From the IMG/VR virus record IMGVR_UViG_3300034018_003010: a stretch of DNA of 64,000 nt; one strand, given 5' to 3'. Below the pieces are notes generated by a model. The model was not told the origin of the DNA. It was given only the letters and a program-made list of their open reading frames with translations, and did no database searches. The position numbers and the translations under genes were made by a program. This document shows, piece after piece, positions 1 through 10,533 of the stretch. How positions within the stretch are numbered: the stretch's first letter is position 1; each line of letters starts with the position of its first letter. This stretch comes from a virus.

Positions 1-3000
1 CTTTTTGCATAAATAATACATTTTTACCAACTACAACAACTAGCACAACAACTCCAAATCCTTTATTTACAACAACCACCACAACAACTACTACAACTAC
101 TAGCACAACAACCACTACTACTACAACCACAACTACTACTACTGCATCTCCAGCAACAACCACTAGCACAACCACTGCATCTCCAGTAACCACCACCACT
201 ACTACAACTATTGTTCCAGTAACTACAACTACAACTACTACAATAGTTCCAGTAACAACTACTACAACTACTACAACTATTGTTCCAGTAACTACAACAA
301 CAACCACCACAATAGTTCCAGTAACTACAACAACTAGCACAACTAGTGCTCCAACAACCAGTACAACTAGTGCTCCAACAACTACTACAACTATTGCCCC
401 AACAACTACTACAACTAGTGCCCCAACAACCAGCACTACAACTAGCGCTCCAACAACCAGCACTACAACTAGCGCTCCAACAACAACCAGTAGCACAACT
501 AGCACAACAACAACGCCAATTCCTTCATGCTTATCAAGTACTCAATCAGTAATAGTAATAAACTGGTCTGGACAAAACACATATGTATTTGGTGGCACAA
601 TTGGATTCTTTGGCGTAAATACTGGTGTTTATCAATTTACAAGCGTACCTTCTACACATCCAATAGCATTCTTAAACAACTCCATAGGAAATGTTTCTTA
701 CACAGGAACTGTTCTTGCAGGATCTGGAATAGCCCCAGATGGAAACACTTATAACTTCTACTCTGGAACTGTAACTTTAACTGTAACAGGTTCTTTTGGC
801 AGATTAAGCTATGCTTGCTTGAATCACGGCTACATGGGTGGCCAAGACAATATAACATTCACAACATATTGTGTGTCTCCAACCACAACTACTACAACCA
901 CACCAGTTCCAACTACAACCACTACTACAACTACGCCCTCACCTACTACCACAACAACCACCACAACAACCACAACAACCACCACAACAACACCCGCACC
1001 TACTACAACAACCACTACAACCACAACTACTTCAACCACAACTACTTCAACCACCACCACGCCAGCACCTACCACAACAACCACTTCAACCACAACAACC
1101 ACAACTACTACAACAACACCAGCTCCTACAACTACTAGTACAACCACTTCTACCACTACAACATCAGCACCTACTACCACAACCACAACTACAACCACTT
1201 CAACCACAACTACAACAACCACTACAACAACACCAGCACCTACTACCACAACAACAACTACAACCACAACTACTACAACAACACCAGCACCTACTACCAC
1301 AACAACTACTACAACAACCACTACAACAACACCAGCACCTACTACCACAACTACTACTACAACTACCACGTCAACATCTACTACAACAACTACAACCGAT
1401 GTACCTTCTGGATCTTTATATTTAATGGGATTGAATGGAAGCGGTCAGATAGGAGATGGAACTGCTATAAGCAGAAGCATTCCGACTCAAGTGTTGGGTT
1501 CAGGAGCATGGAAAATATTAGGAGATAATGGATATTCAACATCAGTATTTAATGCAGGCATTAAAAATGATAACACTTTGTGGTTATGGGGAAATGGCAA
1601 TTACATAGCACAGAATTCAAATGTAGGCAATAAATCTTCTCCAGTTCAAATATATGGCGGAGGCACATGGACTGATGTCGCCCAAACATACCGTACCGGA
1701 GCGGCTGTAAAATCAGATGGCACTTTATGGACATGGGGAGATAACTATTGGGGAGCTATAGGTCGCTATGGGCTAGCTTACAACAGCTTTATTTATTCGC
1801 CTGTACAAACAACTCTAGGCGGAAGCACATGGAGCAAAGTTGCTGGTGGATATGGTCAAGTATTTGCAATAAAAACTGATGGAACACTATGGGCTTGGGG
1901 CGCAAATGGAGGCGGAACTCTTGGACTTGGATTTGTTGGCGGACAAGGATATGGAGGCATGTTTTCCCCAGTTCAAGTAGGAACAGATACAACATGGAAA
2001 ATGGTTGGATCACTTTATGCTGGTGGAATTGCAATCAAACAAGACAATACATTATGGATATGGGGAAATAATAACAATGGTCAGTTAGGACAAGGAAATA
2101 TCATAAACAGAAGCTCGCCTGTTCAAGTTGGAACAGGAACAGATTGGGCTTTTGTCCCAAAAACAGCATCGGGAATAACTAGCTCTGCTTTTGCAATTAA
2201 AAATGATGGTTCTCTTTGGGGTTGGGGCGGAAACAACAGTGGGCAATTAGCTCAAAATAACACAGCAGATATAAGCTCTCCTGTTCAAATTACTGGTACA
2301 TGGAGCAAAGTAACCTACAACCGTTCTGTTATAGGACTAAAAACAGATGGAAGCTTATGGGCTTGGGGACATAACTCATATGGCACCATAGGAGATAACA
2401 CAAAGATACATAGAAGCTCTCCAGTGCAAACAACTCTTGCAGATACAAACTGGATAAATGTTGTTGGATTTGGTGGAATTAGAGCTACAACCACATCTAC
2501 TACAACTACATCTACTACAAGTACATCTACAACATCCACTACATCAACAACACAGGCTCCTGGTGCGCTATATACATGGGGCTATAGACATCTTGGATCT
2601 TCAGGGGATAATAATAACACTGTAATATATCAGTCTCCAACACAAATAATTGATGCAAGTCAATACCAAGATTTGCCACCTAACACGAGTGGATACGGAT
2701 CATGTTTTGCCATAAAACCAGATGGAACATTATGGGCTTGGGGATTGAACTCTTATTATGGAGCACTTGGAGATGGAACATTAGAAAATAGATCTTCACC
2801 TATTCAAATCACCTCAAATACATGGAATATGGTATCTTCAAGTTCGCTTGCAACTCTTGCTATAAAATCTGATAATACATTGTGGGGATGGGGAGGCGGA
2901 GCATTCCTGCCCAACAATTCTAATACTAGCTATAGCTCTCCCATACAAATTGGAACAGATACATGGAGATATGTTAATACTGGAGGACAAACCGGGGCAG

Positions 3001-4763
3001 GAATAAAAACAGATGGTACTTTGTGGCTTTGGGGAGGCAATCAGAATGGACAACTTGGCAATAATCAGGTATCATATAATACGCAAAGTTCTCCAACACA
3101 AACAGTTGCTGGAGGAAATAATTGGATTTTTGTTAATGTTAGTGGCGATGGGGTTGTTCATGCCATAAAATCTGATACAAATTTATGGGCTTGGGGGAAT
3201 AATTCTTGGGGGCAAATTGGAAACAATACTAGTTATGTAAGTTATTCAAGTCCTATACAAATAGGAGCATCTGGTTGGGCTTATGTAAGCTCAACCAAAT
3301 ATCATGTACTTGCTGTAAAAACCAATGGCACATTATGGGCATGGGGTTATAATGCCTATGGAATTTTAGGTTTAAATACAGATACTCCTTATTCAGGGGT
3401 TAGCTCTCCTATCCAAGTAGGAACAGACACAAATTGGAAAAAGTCTACTGCTCTAGACTATTCATCCGCAGCAACAAAAACGGATGGCACATTATGGGCA
3501 TGGGGTTCAAATTATTATAACCAAACTGGAAACCCATATGCAGGATACGCACTTTCATCTCCAATACAAACATTAGCAAATGATAATTTATGGATTGATA
3601 TATCTGGTAATAGTTATGGAGTTTATGCAACTAGAAGTGCTGGATATGTAGCTACTACACCTTCGCCTACGACTAGCACTACTACAACGACTCCACAACC
3701 AGGAAGTTTATTAGGAATGGGAGTTAATTCTTATGGTCAAATTGGGAATAACACAACAAATTCACAATCTTTCCCAACACAAGAAATTACAAATTCATCA
3801 TGGTCAAAATTACCAAGTGGCAGCTATCTTTATTCCGCTTATGTAGGCATGGGCGGAATAAAAACAGATGGCACTCTTTGGACATGGGGATATATTTGGG
3901 ATTCTGGTTCTATTGTTCACAGGTCTTCTCCTGTACAAATAAGTACAGGTGGAACATGGACAGATTTTTCAATATCTGGTTATTCAGTTAATGCTGTTAA
4001 GTCTAATGGAACATTGTGGGCGTGGGGACAATTACCAGGAAACAGTAATAACTCTAGCCCAACACAAATTGGAACAGACACAGACTGGAAATATGTGTTT
4101 AGAAATTCATATGTTTCTGCTGCAATTAAAAATGATGATACTGCATATTTATGGGGATCCGATATATCTTATGGATTATTTGGTGACAATACAGCAACTA
4201 ATTCATCTAAATTAATACCGACACAAACAATAACTGGTTCTTGGAAGATGATTGTTGGTGGCAATGCTATGTTTGGAATAAAAACAGATGGAACATTATG
4301 GTCTTGGGGATACAATGCCTATGGACGACTTGGATTAAATGATACAATAAACAGAAGTTCTCCAACACAAATAAGCGGGTCTTATACATATGTTTCATCA
4401 GATGGATATAGTGTATATATGGCTGTAAAATCTGATGGAACATTATGGGGATGGGGCAACGGACAATCTATAATAAATGCTATAGCTTTCAATGGTGGTT
4501 TCTATCAATATCAAGGTTATAGTTCTCCAATTCAACTATTTTCATCAACAGGATGGACCAAAGTACTTGGTTTTAATGATAGTTCAATTGCTTTGAAATC
4601 AGATGGAACAGCATGGACATGGGGATATAATAGGTATGGACTGGCTGGAAATGGCAAGATAGTTCCATTCTACGCATCTACATATAGTCCTGTGCAGGTA
4701 AACTATACCGGCTGGTCAGATATTTACTCCAATAGAGATACAAACTTTGGATTGTTTAATTGA
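1..4763 (+). CDS. Large virion appendage/receptor-binding protein (5'-truncated): Thr-rich mucin-like tracts, cupredoxin-like domain, three RCC1/BLIP-II beta-propeller blocks
   Basis: Frame 3 is open from nt 3 to the stop at 4761-4763, so the TTG start at 819 is internal. Repeated 'AIKTDGTLWAWG.N..GQLG....RSSPVQ' RCC1 units form three blocks separated by poly-Thr linkers; HPIA...CLNHGYMG at ~657-840. Confidence 0.9.
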   Translation, partial: FCINNTFLPTTTTSTTTPNPLFTTTTTTTTTTTSTTTTTTTTTTTTTASPATTTSTTTASPVTTTTTTTIVPVTTTTTTTIVPVTTTTTTTTIVPVTTTTTTTIVPVTTTTSTTSAPTTSTTSAPTTTTTIAPTTTTTSAPTTSTTTSAPTTSTTTSAPTTTSSTTSTTTTPIPSCLSSTQSVIVINWSGQNTYVFGGTIGFFGVNTGVYQFTSVPSTHPIAFLNNSIGNVSYTGTVLAGSGIAPDGNTYNFYSGTVTLTVTGSFGRLSYACLNHGYMGGQDNITFTTYCVSPTTTTTTTPVPTTTTTTTTPSPTTTTTTTTTTTTTTTTPAPTTTTTTTTTTSTTTTSTTTTPAPTTTTTSTTTTTTTTTTPAPTTTSTTTSTTTTSAPTTTTTTTTTSTTTTTTTTTTPAPTTTTTTTTTTTTTTPAPTTTTTTTTTTTTTPAPTTTTTTTTTTSTSTTTTTTDVPSGSLYLMGLNGSGQIGDGTAISRSIPTQVLGSGAWKILGDNGYSTSVFNAGIKNDNTLWLWGNGNYIAQNSNVGNKSSPVQIYGGGTWTDVAQTYRTGAAVKSDGTLWTWGDNYWGAIGRYGLAYNSFIYSPVQTTLGGSTWSKVAGGYGQVFAIKTDGTLWAWGANGGGTLGLGFVGGQGYGGMFSPVQVGTDTTWKMVGSLYAGGIAIKQDNTLWIWGNNNNGQLGQGNIINRSSPVQVGTGTDWAFVPKTASGITSSAFAIKNDGSLWGWGGNNSGQLAQNNTADISSPVQITGTWSKVTYNRSVIGLKTDGSLWAWGHNSYGTIGDNTKIHRSSPVQTTLADTNWINVVGFGGIRATTTSTTTTSTTSTSTTSTTSTTQAPGALYTWGYRHLGSSGDNNNTVIYQSPTQIIDASQYQDLPPNTSGYGSCFAIKPDGTLWAWGLNSYYGALGDGTLENRSSPIQITSNTWNMVSSSSLATLAIKSDNTLWGWGGGAFLPNNSNTSYSSPIQIGTDTWRYVNTGGQTGAGIKTDGTLWLWGGNQNGQLGNNQVSYNTQSSPTQTVAGGNNWIFVNVSGDGVVHAIKSDTNLWAWGNNSWGQIGNNTSYVSYSSPIQIGASGWAYVSSTKYHVLAVKTNGTLWAWGYNAYGILGLNTDTPYSGVSSPIQVGTDTNWKKSTALDYSSAATKTDGTLWAWGSNYYNQTGNPYAGYALSSPIQTLANDNLWIDISGNSYGVYATRSAGYVATTPSPTTSTTTTTPQPGSLLGMGVNSYGQIGNNTTNSQSFPTQEITNSSWSKLPSGSYLYSAYVGMGGIKTDGTLWTWGYIWDSGSIVHRSSPVQISTGGTWTDFSISGYSVNAVKSNGTLWAWGQLPGNSNNSSPTQIGTDTDWKYVFRNSYVSAAIKNDDTAYLWGSDISYGLFGDNTATNSSKLIPTQTITGSWKMIVGGNAMFGIKTDGTLWSWGYNAYGRLGLNDTINRSSPTQISGSYTYVSSDGYSVYMAVKSDGTLWGWGNGQSIINAIAFNGGFYQYQGYSSPIQLFSSTGWTKVLGFNDSSIALKSDGTAWTWGYNRYGLAGNGKIVPFYASTYSPVQVNYTGWSDIYSNRDTNFGLFN
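27..1398 (+). repeat. ACN-codon low-complexity tracts encoding Thr/Pro/Ser mucin-like linkers (27-520 and 880-1398)
   Basis: Imperfect (ACA/ACT/ACC)n tracts punctuated by CCA-GCA/GTT-CCA. Confidence 0.95.
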
Positions 4764-4805
4764 TATTAAACTAAAACTGAAGTCCGTTGTTTTCTTGGCT
4801 CAAGG
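4760..4805 (-). mobile_element. Degenerate 46-bp IS200/IS605-derived scar (LE start + hairpin + TCAA end)
   Basis: Minus strand reads TTGAT|CCTTGAGCCAAGAAAACAACGGACTTCAGTTTTAGTTTAATATCAA|. Same GAT junction, GAGCCAAG start, GACTTCAG hairpin apex and TCAA end as the copies at 31315 and 34774. Confidence 0.65.
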
Positions 4806-4815
4806 ATCAAAATCT

Positions 4816-4850
4816 AAAAACCTCTAGAGATAGTTCTCTGGGGGTTTTTT
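4816..4850 (+). terminator. Rho-independent terminator
   Basis: CCTCTAGAGA-tagt-TCTCTGGGGG stem followed by T6. Confidence 0.75.
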
Positions 4851-4870
4851 GCTTAAAGCATATATATTTT

Positions 4871-5143
4871 ATGTCAAATTCATATCCACAAATTACATTT
4901 TTAGTAGACCCAGATATTTCTGAAATTGATTCTTATTCAATGCCAGATGTGAATAGAGAAAATCTTGTTTATCAATTAAATTCAAAGATATATTGGATTG
5001 AAAATTTTTCTTATAGTGTAAAAAAAGGAGATTCTTTTACATTGTATGGAGAAGAAGCACTAAGAGTTTATAAAAATTATATACAAAACAATACAAATGG
5101 AAATATTTTAAAAGTAACATATTATGGTGTTCCAGAAATTTAA
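4871..5143 (+). CDS. Small protein paralogous to the N-terminal domain of the downstream Ig-repeat protein
   Basis: ATG at 4871 after TATATA. YPQITF...YWI...DSFTLYGEEALRVYKNYI...YYG aligns with YPQITF...FWI...DCFTLYGKEALEVQKIYI...YYG of the next ORF. Confidence 0.8.
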   Translation: MSNSYPQITFLVDPDISEIDSYSMPDVNRENLVYQLNSKIYWIENFSYSVKKGDSFTLYGEEALRVYKNYIQNNTNGNILKVTYYGVPEI

Positions 5144-5210
5144 AGTTCTAATCAGCTATTAATTAACTCAATCTTGTTAAAAATTTTACTTCTTGTCGAT
5201 AAATAAAATT

Positions 5211-8200
5211 ATGGCACAAGATTATCCACAAATAACATTCGTTGTAAACAATGTAAATATGCAGGAAATTTTAAAATATCCTCCTGTAGATCAAAATTAT
5301 GACAATGTCATAAATCTATTAAAACAAACTACATTTTGGATTTTATATGTTCCATATGAATTAAGACATGAAGATTGCTTTACACTTTATGGAAAAGAAG
5401 CTTTAGAAGTTCAAAAAATTTATATAACAGACGTACAAGAAAACCTAAGAAAACTTGAAATAGGTTACTATGGCATACCAACAACTGATTGCACATGCAA
5501 ATGCTTAATACAAACAGATCCAGCAAGCATAAATATTCAGCAGGTTGGCACCTCTTTATCGGTAGCAATGTCAGCTACTGGTGGCAAATCTCCTTATACA
5601 TATTCTCTTGATTCTGGAGTTTTTCCTCCTGGTGTAACCATTTCTTCAACTGGAGTTATAAGTGGAACACCGACTGCTTCAGGGTCTTACGAATTTTCTA
5701 TTTTAGTAAGTGATGGAATTAACAGCGCAATAAAAACTTATAGAATAAAAGTAAAACCTCTAATCGCATTTGCACCCGCATCATTGCCAGCAACAACTCA
5801 ATCTATTGCTTATAATCAAACAGTTACAGCATCTGGCGGACTTGCTCCATATGCATACAGTATTATTTCAGGATCATTGCCAACTGGATTGAGTCTAAAT
5901 TCAGCAACTGGAGCCATTACTGGAACTCCTACAACTCCAGGAACTTATAATTTCACTATAGAAGCAACCGATGGAAACAGTGATATAGGTAGCAAAGCAT
6001 ATACAGTAACAATAAATAATCCTGTATTAATATCTACAGCAACACTGCCAGACACAACGGAAGGGGAAGTATATAGCCAAACTGTTTCTTCAACAGGAGG
6101 AACAGGAGCTGTAACATTCTCCGTTTCTTCTGGTTCTTTGCCAACAGGACTAAGCCTAAATGCTGCAACAGGAGTAATAAGCGGAACTGTTACTGTAGCC
6201 GGAACTTATAATTTCACAATAACAGGAACTGATACAGTAGGAGCAACAGGAAACAAAGCCTACTCTGTTGTTATAAATCCACCAGTAGCGGTTACTCCCT
6301 CAACTTTACCAGACACAACAATAACAATACCATATTCACAAACAGTAACTGCGACTGGCGGCACAGGCACAAAGACATATGCAGTAACATTTGGATCTTT
6401 ACCAACAGGACTAAGCTTAAATACCGCTACCGGACTAGTAAGCGGAACTCCAATTACTGCAGGTCTTTACAATTTTGCCATAACAGCAACCGACACAGTA
6501 GGAGCAACGGGAAATACTATTTATAATGTAAATATTAATCCTGCCATAACATTAGCTCCAGCAACTCTACCAGCAACAACAGAAAATGTAGCTTATAGCC
6601 AAACTGTCACAGCATCTAACGGAACTGGAACAAAGACATATACATTATCTTCTGGTTCTTTGCCAACAGGACTAAGCTTAAACGCCGCAACAGGTGTTAT
6701 AAGTGGCACACCTACTGCTGCTGGAAGCTATACTTTTGATATAACAGCAACAGATACTGTGGGGGCAACAGGAACAATAACTTACACAACAACAATAAAT
6801 GCAGCCATGACTATGGCTCCAGCTTCTTTGCCAACAACAACACAAGGAGTTGCTTATAACCAAACTGTTACAGCATCTAATGGCACAGGAGCAAAGACAT
6901 ATACTGTAACCTCTGGAAGCTTACCAACAGGACTAAGCCTAAATGCTTCAAGCGGTGCAATAACAGGAACTGCAACTGCTGCTGCTACTTACAACTTTAC
7001 AATTACAGCCACAGATACTGTAGGCGCAACTGTAAGTCAGCCATACACAGTATTAGTAAATGTTCCACTTTCAATATCTCCTGCAACTCTACCAGATACA
7101 ACAATAAATGTTGCTTACAGCCAAACAATAACAGGAACAGGTGGAACTGCTCCTCTTGCTTATTCAGTATCTGCTGGTTCTTTGCCAGCAGGATTAAGTA
7201 TAAATGCCACAACGGGGGCAATAACTGGAACTCCAACTGCAACAGGCGCTTCGAGTTTCACAATTACTGTAACAGACGCAAATGGTGCGACAGCAAGCCA
7301 AGCATATACAGTAACAATTAATGCTGCAGTTACAGTATCTCCAGCAACTCTACCAGATACAACAATAAATGTTGCATACAGTCAAACAGTATCCGCTTCT
7401 AATGGAACAGGAGCTAAGACATTCTCAGTAACTTCTGGTTCTCTACCAACAGGATTAAGCTTAAACGGTGCATCTGGTGTTATAAGTGGAACACCAACGG
7501 CTACAGGAACATCTAATTTCACAATTACAGCTACAGATACAGTAGGAGCAACAGGAAGTCAAGCTTATACCGTTGTTATAAACCCAGCAGTTTCAATTAC
7601 AACTGCAACTCTACCAGATACAACAATAAATGTTGCTTACAACCAAACCGTTGCTGCAACAGGTGGTACAGGAGCAAAGACATTCTCAGTAACTTCTGGA
7701 AGCTTACCAACAGGATTAACCTTAACAGGCGCCTCTGGTGTTATAAGCGGAACTTCTACTGCTGCAGCAACATACAACTTCACAGTCACAGCTACCGATA
7801 CAGTAGGAGCAACAGGAAGCCAAGCCTATAGCGTTGTTGTAAGCGGAGCTCTTTCAATATCTCCTGCAACATTACCAGACACAACAATAAATACTGCTTA
7901 CAGTCAGACAATAACAGCATCAGGTGGAACAGCTCCTATTACTTATTCTGTTTCTGCTGGTTCATTGCCAACTGGCTTAAGCCTAGATGCCAATACTGGT
8001 GTAATAAGCGGAACTCCAACAAGTGCTGCGACATCAAACTTTACAATTACAGCTACAGATGCTTCTTTGGCAACAGCAAGCCAAGCTTACTCAGTCACAA
8101 TAAACCCAGCTATTTCTGTATCGCCAGCAACACTACCAGACACAACAATAAATGTTGCCTACTCACAGACAGTAACAGCCTCCAATGGTACTGGAGCCAA

Positions 8201-9785
8201 GACATACTCTGTAACATCTGGTTCTCTACCAACAGGATTAAGCCTAACAGGAGCTTCTGGTGTTATAAGCGGAACTCCAACTGCTACAGGAACATCAAAC
8301 TTCACAATCACAGCTACCGATACCGTTGGAGCAACAGGAAGCCAAGCTTACTCAGTCACTATTAATAGTGCTGTTTCAATTACAACAGCTACTTTGCCAG
8401 ACACAACAATAAACACGGCTTATTCTCAAACTGTTTCTGCAACAGGAGGAACTGGAGCCAAGACATTCTCCGTAACTTCTGGTTCTCTACCAACAGGATT
8501 AAGCCTAACAGGAGCTTCTGGCGTTATAAGTGGCACACCAACAAGTGCTGCAACATACAACTTCACAATAACAGCTACCGATACCGTTGGAGCAACAGCA
8601 AACCAAGCTTACACAGTTGTTATAAATTCAGCAGTTTCAATTACAACAGCAACACTTCCAAATCCCGTTGTTGGAACTGCCTATAACGAAACTGTTGCTG
8701 CAACAGGAGGAACTGGGGCTAAGACATTCTCTGTTACTGTTGGATCTTTGCCAGCAGGATTAAGCCTAGCAGGAGCATCTGGTGTTATAAGTGGAACTCC
8801 TACAACTACAGGAGCCGTTTCTTTCACAATTACAGCTACCGATACCGTTGGAGCTACAGGCAGCCAAGCTTACACAGTAACAGTACAAGCAGCAGCAACA
8901 ACAACTACCACACCCGCACCTACTACCACAACTACTACCACAACTACTACTACAACCACGCCTACACCCACAACAACTACTACCACAACCACACCTGTTC
9001 CAACCACAACAACTACCACACCCGCACCTACAACCACAACAACTACCACACCCGCACCTACAACCACAACAACTACCACACCCGCACCTACAACCACAAC
9101 AACTACCACACCCGCACCTACAACAACTACAACCACACCAGTTCCAACTACCACAACAACAACTCCCGCACCTACAACAACTACAACCACACCAGTTCCA
9201 ACTACCACAACAACTACAACAACCACGACAACTACACCTGCTCCTAGCTGCATAGTTGTAGACACAGGTAACACAAGCGATATGACTCACGCACAGCTTG
9301 CAAGCCCTGCAGATGGTATCTCTTACAGCAATAACTCTGTTGCAGGAACAACCACTACAACAACACCCGTTCCAACAACTACAACAACAACTACACCGGC
9401 TGGTGGGGCAACACCAATAAGTGGTGGAGCAGGTTGCTTGACAGCGACAGATATGAATTCAATTGGTATAGCAAATAAATATTTAATATCTATAGATGAT
9501 ACAAATCAATACTGGTATAATATTAATGTATCCAAAGCTGTTTGGTCTGTTAAAAAAATATACATAAATACAACAGATACAATAAATCTAGGATGGATCG
9601 GCAACGACAGTTGTACAGATCAAAATGACTATTATGGTACAAATACTTGGTCTAGCGGAGTAGAAATTGCAACTATGCCTTGGACAATTGATGATCCATT
9701 GTCTAACAATGGAACATTTAAAATTTGGATAATGTTACCATCAGGTGCTAGCGCAGCTTCTTATGAACTTTGGATAGACGATTAA
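5211..9785 (+). CDS. Virion decoration/fibre protein with 13 tandem He_PIG Ig-like domains, Thr/Pro tract and C-terminal tip domain
   Basis: 13 ~87-aa units of the type 'PATLPDTTINVAYSQTV.A..GTGAKTFSV.SGSLPTGLSL...SGVISGTPT..GT.NFTITATDTVGATGSQAYTV'. ATG 5211 preceded by TAAATA. Confidence 0.9.
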   Translation: MAQDYPQITFVVNNVNMQEILKYPPVDQNYDNVINLLKQTTFWILYVPYELRHEDCFTLYGKEALEVQKIYITDVQENLRKLEIGYYGIPTTDCTCKCLIQTDPASINIQQVGTSLSVAMSATGGKSPYTYSLDSGVFPPGVTISSTGVISGTPTASGSYEFSILVSDGINSAIKTYRIKVKPLIAFAPASLPATTQSIAYNQTVTASGGLAPYAYSIISGSLPTGLSLNSATGAITGTPTTPGTYNFTIEATDGNSDIGSKAYTVTINNPVLISTATLPDTTEGEVYSQTVSSTGGTGAVTFSVSSGSLPTGLSLNAATGVISGTVTVAGTYNFTITGTDTVGATGNKAYSVVINPPVAVTPSTLPDTTITIPYSQTVTATGGTGTKTYAVTFGSLPTGLSLNTATGLVSGTPITAGLYNFAITATDTVGATGNTIYNVNINPAITLAPATLPATTENVAYSQTVTASNGTGTKTYTLSSGSLPTGLSLNAATGVISGTPTAAGSYTFDITATDTVGATGTITYTTTINAAMTMAPASLPTTTQGVAYNQTVTASNGTGAKTYTVTSGSLPTGLSLNASSGAITGTATAAATYNFTITATDTVGATVSQPYTVLVNVPLSISPATLPDTTINVAYSQTITGTGGTAPLAYSVSAGSLPAGLSINATTGAITGTPTATGASSFTITVTDANGATASQAYTVTINAAVTVSPATLPDTTINVAYSQTVSASNGTGAKTFSVTSGSLPTGLSLNGASGVISGTPTATGTSNFTITATDTVGATGSQAYTVVINPAVSITTATLPDTTINVAYNQTVAATGGTGAKTFSVTSGSLPTGLTLTGASGVISGTSTAAATYNFTVTATDTVGATGSQAYSVVVSGALSISPATLPDTTINTAYSQTITASGGTAPITYSVSAGSLPTGLSLDANTGVISGTPTSAATSNFTITATDASLATASQAYSVTINPAISVSPATLPDTTINVAYSQTVTASNGTGAKTYSVTSGSLPTGLSLTGASGVISGTPTATGTSNFTITATDTVGATGSQAYSVTINSAVSITTATLPDTTINTAYSQTVSATGGTGAKTFSVTSGSLPTGLSLTGASGVISGTPTSAATYNFTITATDTVGATANQAYTVVINSAVSITTATLPNPVVGTAYNETVAATGGTGAKTFSVTVGSLPAGLSLAGASGVISGTPTTTGAVSFTITATDTVGATGSQAYTVTVQAAATTTTTPAPTTTTTTTTTTTTTPTPTTTTTTTTPVPTTTTTTPAPTTTTTTTPAPTTTTTTTPAPTTTTTTTPAPTTTTTTPVPTTTTTTPAPTTTTTTPVPTTTTTTTTTTTTPAPSCIVVDTGNTSDMTHAQLASPADGISYSNNSVAGTTTTTTPVPTTTTTTTPAGGATPISGGAGCLTATDMNSIGIANKYLISIDDTNQYWYNINVSKAVWSVKKIYINTTDTINLGWIGNDSCTDQNDYYGTNTWSSGVEIATMPWTIDDPLSNNGTFKIWIMLPSGASAASYELWIDD
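9001..9120 (+). repeat. Four perfect 30-bp tandem repeats (PAPTTTTTTT units)
   Basis: CAACCACAACAACTACCACACCCGCACCTA x4. Confidence 0.97.
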
Positions 9786-9796
9786 AGGAAAAAATT

Positions 9797-10480
9797 ATGG
9801 CACAACCAACAATTTATGCTAATATAGACTGTGATGGACAAGTAGAAGTCAAAGTAAATAATGACACCGGCTATCCTTGCACCATTATAACAAATACAGG
9901 CGTAAATGAATCTATTCCAAGCACCGGAACTGATGTTTATAGAAATTATAATTTAACAAGCTCAGATTGGGTAAAAGTTGTTGCTGCTCAAGACGCAACT
10001 ATTGCTGCTAATAAATTAACTGGAACAATTAAATATATTACTTCTGTAACTACCACTCCTGCTCCGACTACAACCACAACAACTACAACACCGCCTGCAG
10101 GAAATGCATTGCCAGCAGGCGGAGCAGATTGCGACAATAATACAAATTGGCCATCCTCAGATAATACAAAATACCAAGTAACATTCCCAGATACGACTAC
10201 CGAGTGGACTTATTACTATGCTGGTGTAGATACTAAAAAACTATATATGTCGGTTGTAGGAGATCCAACTACTCCAATTTCCACTGGCACAGACAGTGTA
10301 AAAGTATGTAGATGTTCCGATGGAACCTTCCCATGCTTTTTTGATGCTTGCAGTTCGCCAAATGGACCTAGTCTTTTGAGCGGATTCGATATGAGTGCAG
10401 CAACTTCAGGAAAATTCTCAATTCAAGCTAATAATGCCGCACTTACTGGAATAGCATTTGATATTTGGATTGACAATTAA
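9797..10480 (+). CDS. Probable virion accessory protein; short Thr linker and C-terminal domain paralogous to that of 5211..9785
   Basis: AAGGAA SD before ATG 9797. GGADC..KYQV..W..KKLY..GKFSI..FDIWIDN vs GGAGC..KYLI..W..KKIY..GTFKI..YELWIDD. Confidence 0.75.
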   Translation: MAQPTIYANIDCDGQVEVKVNNDTGYPCTIITNTGVNESIPSTGTDVYRNYNLTSSDWVKVVAAQDATIAANKLTGTIKYITSVTTTPAPTTTTTTTTPPAGNALPAGGADCDNNTNWPSSDNTKYQVTFPDTTTEWTYYYAGVDTKKLYMSVVGDPTTPISTGTDSVKVCRCSDGTFPCFFDACSSPNGPSLLSGFDMSAATSGKFSIQANNAALTGIAFDIWIDN

Positions 10481-10482
10481 AC

Positions 10483-10516
10483 AAAAAAAGCCCCGTTTAA
10501 TAACGGGGCTTTTTTT
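10483..10516. terminator. Bidirectional terminator between convergent genes
   Basis: A7-GCCCCGTT-taat-AACGGGGC-T7. Confidence 0.9.
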
Positions 10517-10533
10517 GTTTAAACTTTTAAACT

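Noticed and set aside
1399-4760. Repeated RCC1 units as a possible diversity-generating retroelement TR/VR
   Set aside because: Divergence is not adenine-specific and no reverse transcriptase is in the window.
9001-9120. 30-bp direct repeats resembling a CRISPR array
   Set aside because: Head-to-tail with no spacers, in-frame coding, and no cas genes.
346-9290. Poly-Val, poly-Gln/Leu, His/Asn and Cys/Gly ORFs in the ORF track (e.g. 830..1369, 871..1425, 8766..9290, 8870..9274)
   Set aside because: Shadow frames of the ACN (Thr) repeats within real genes.
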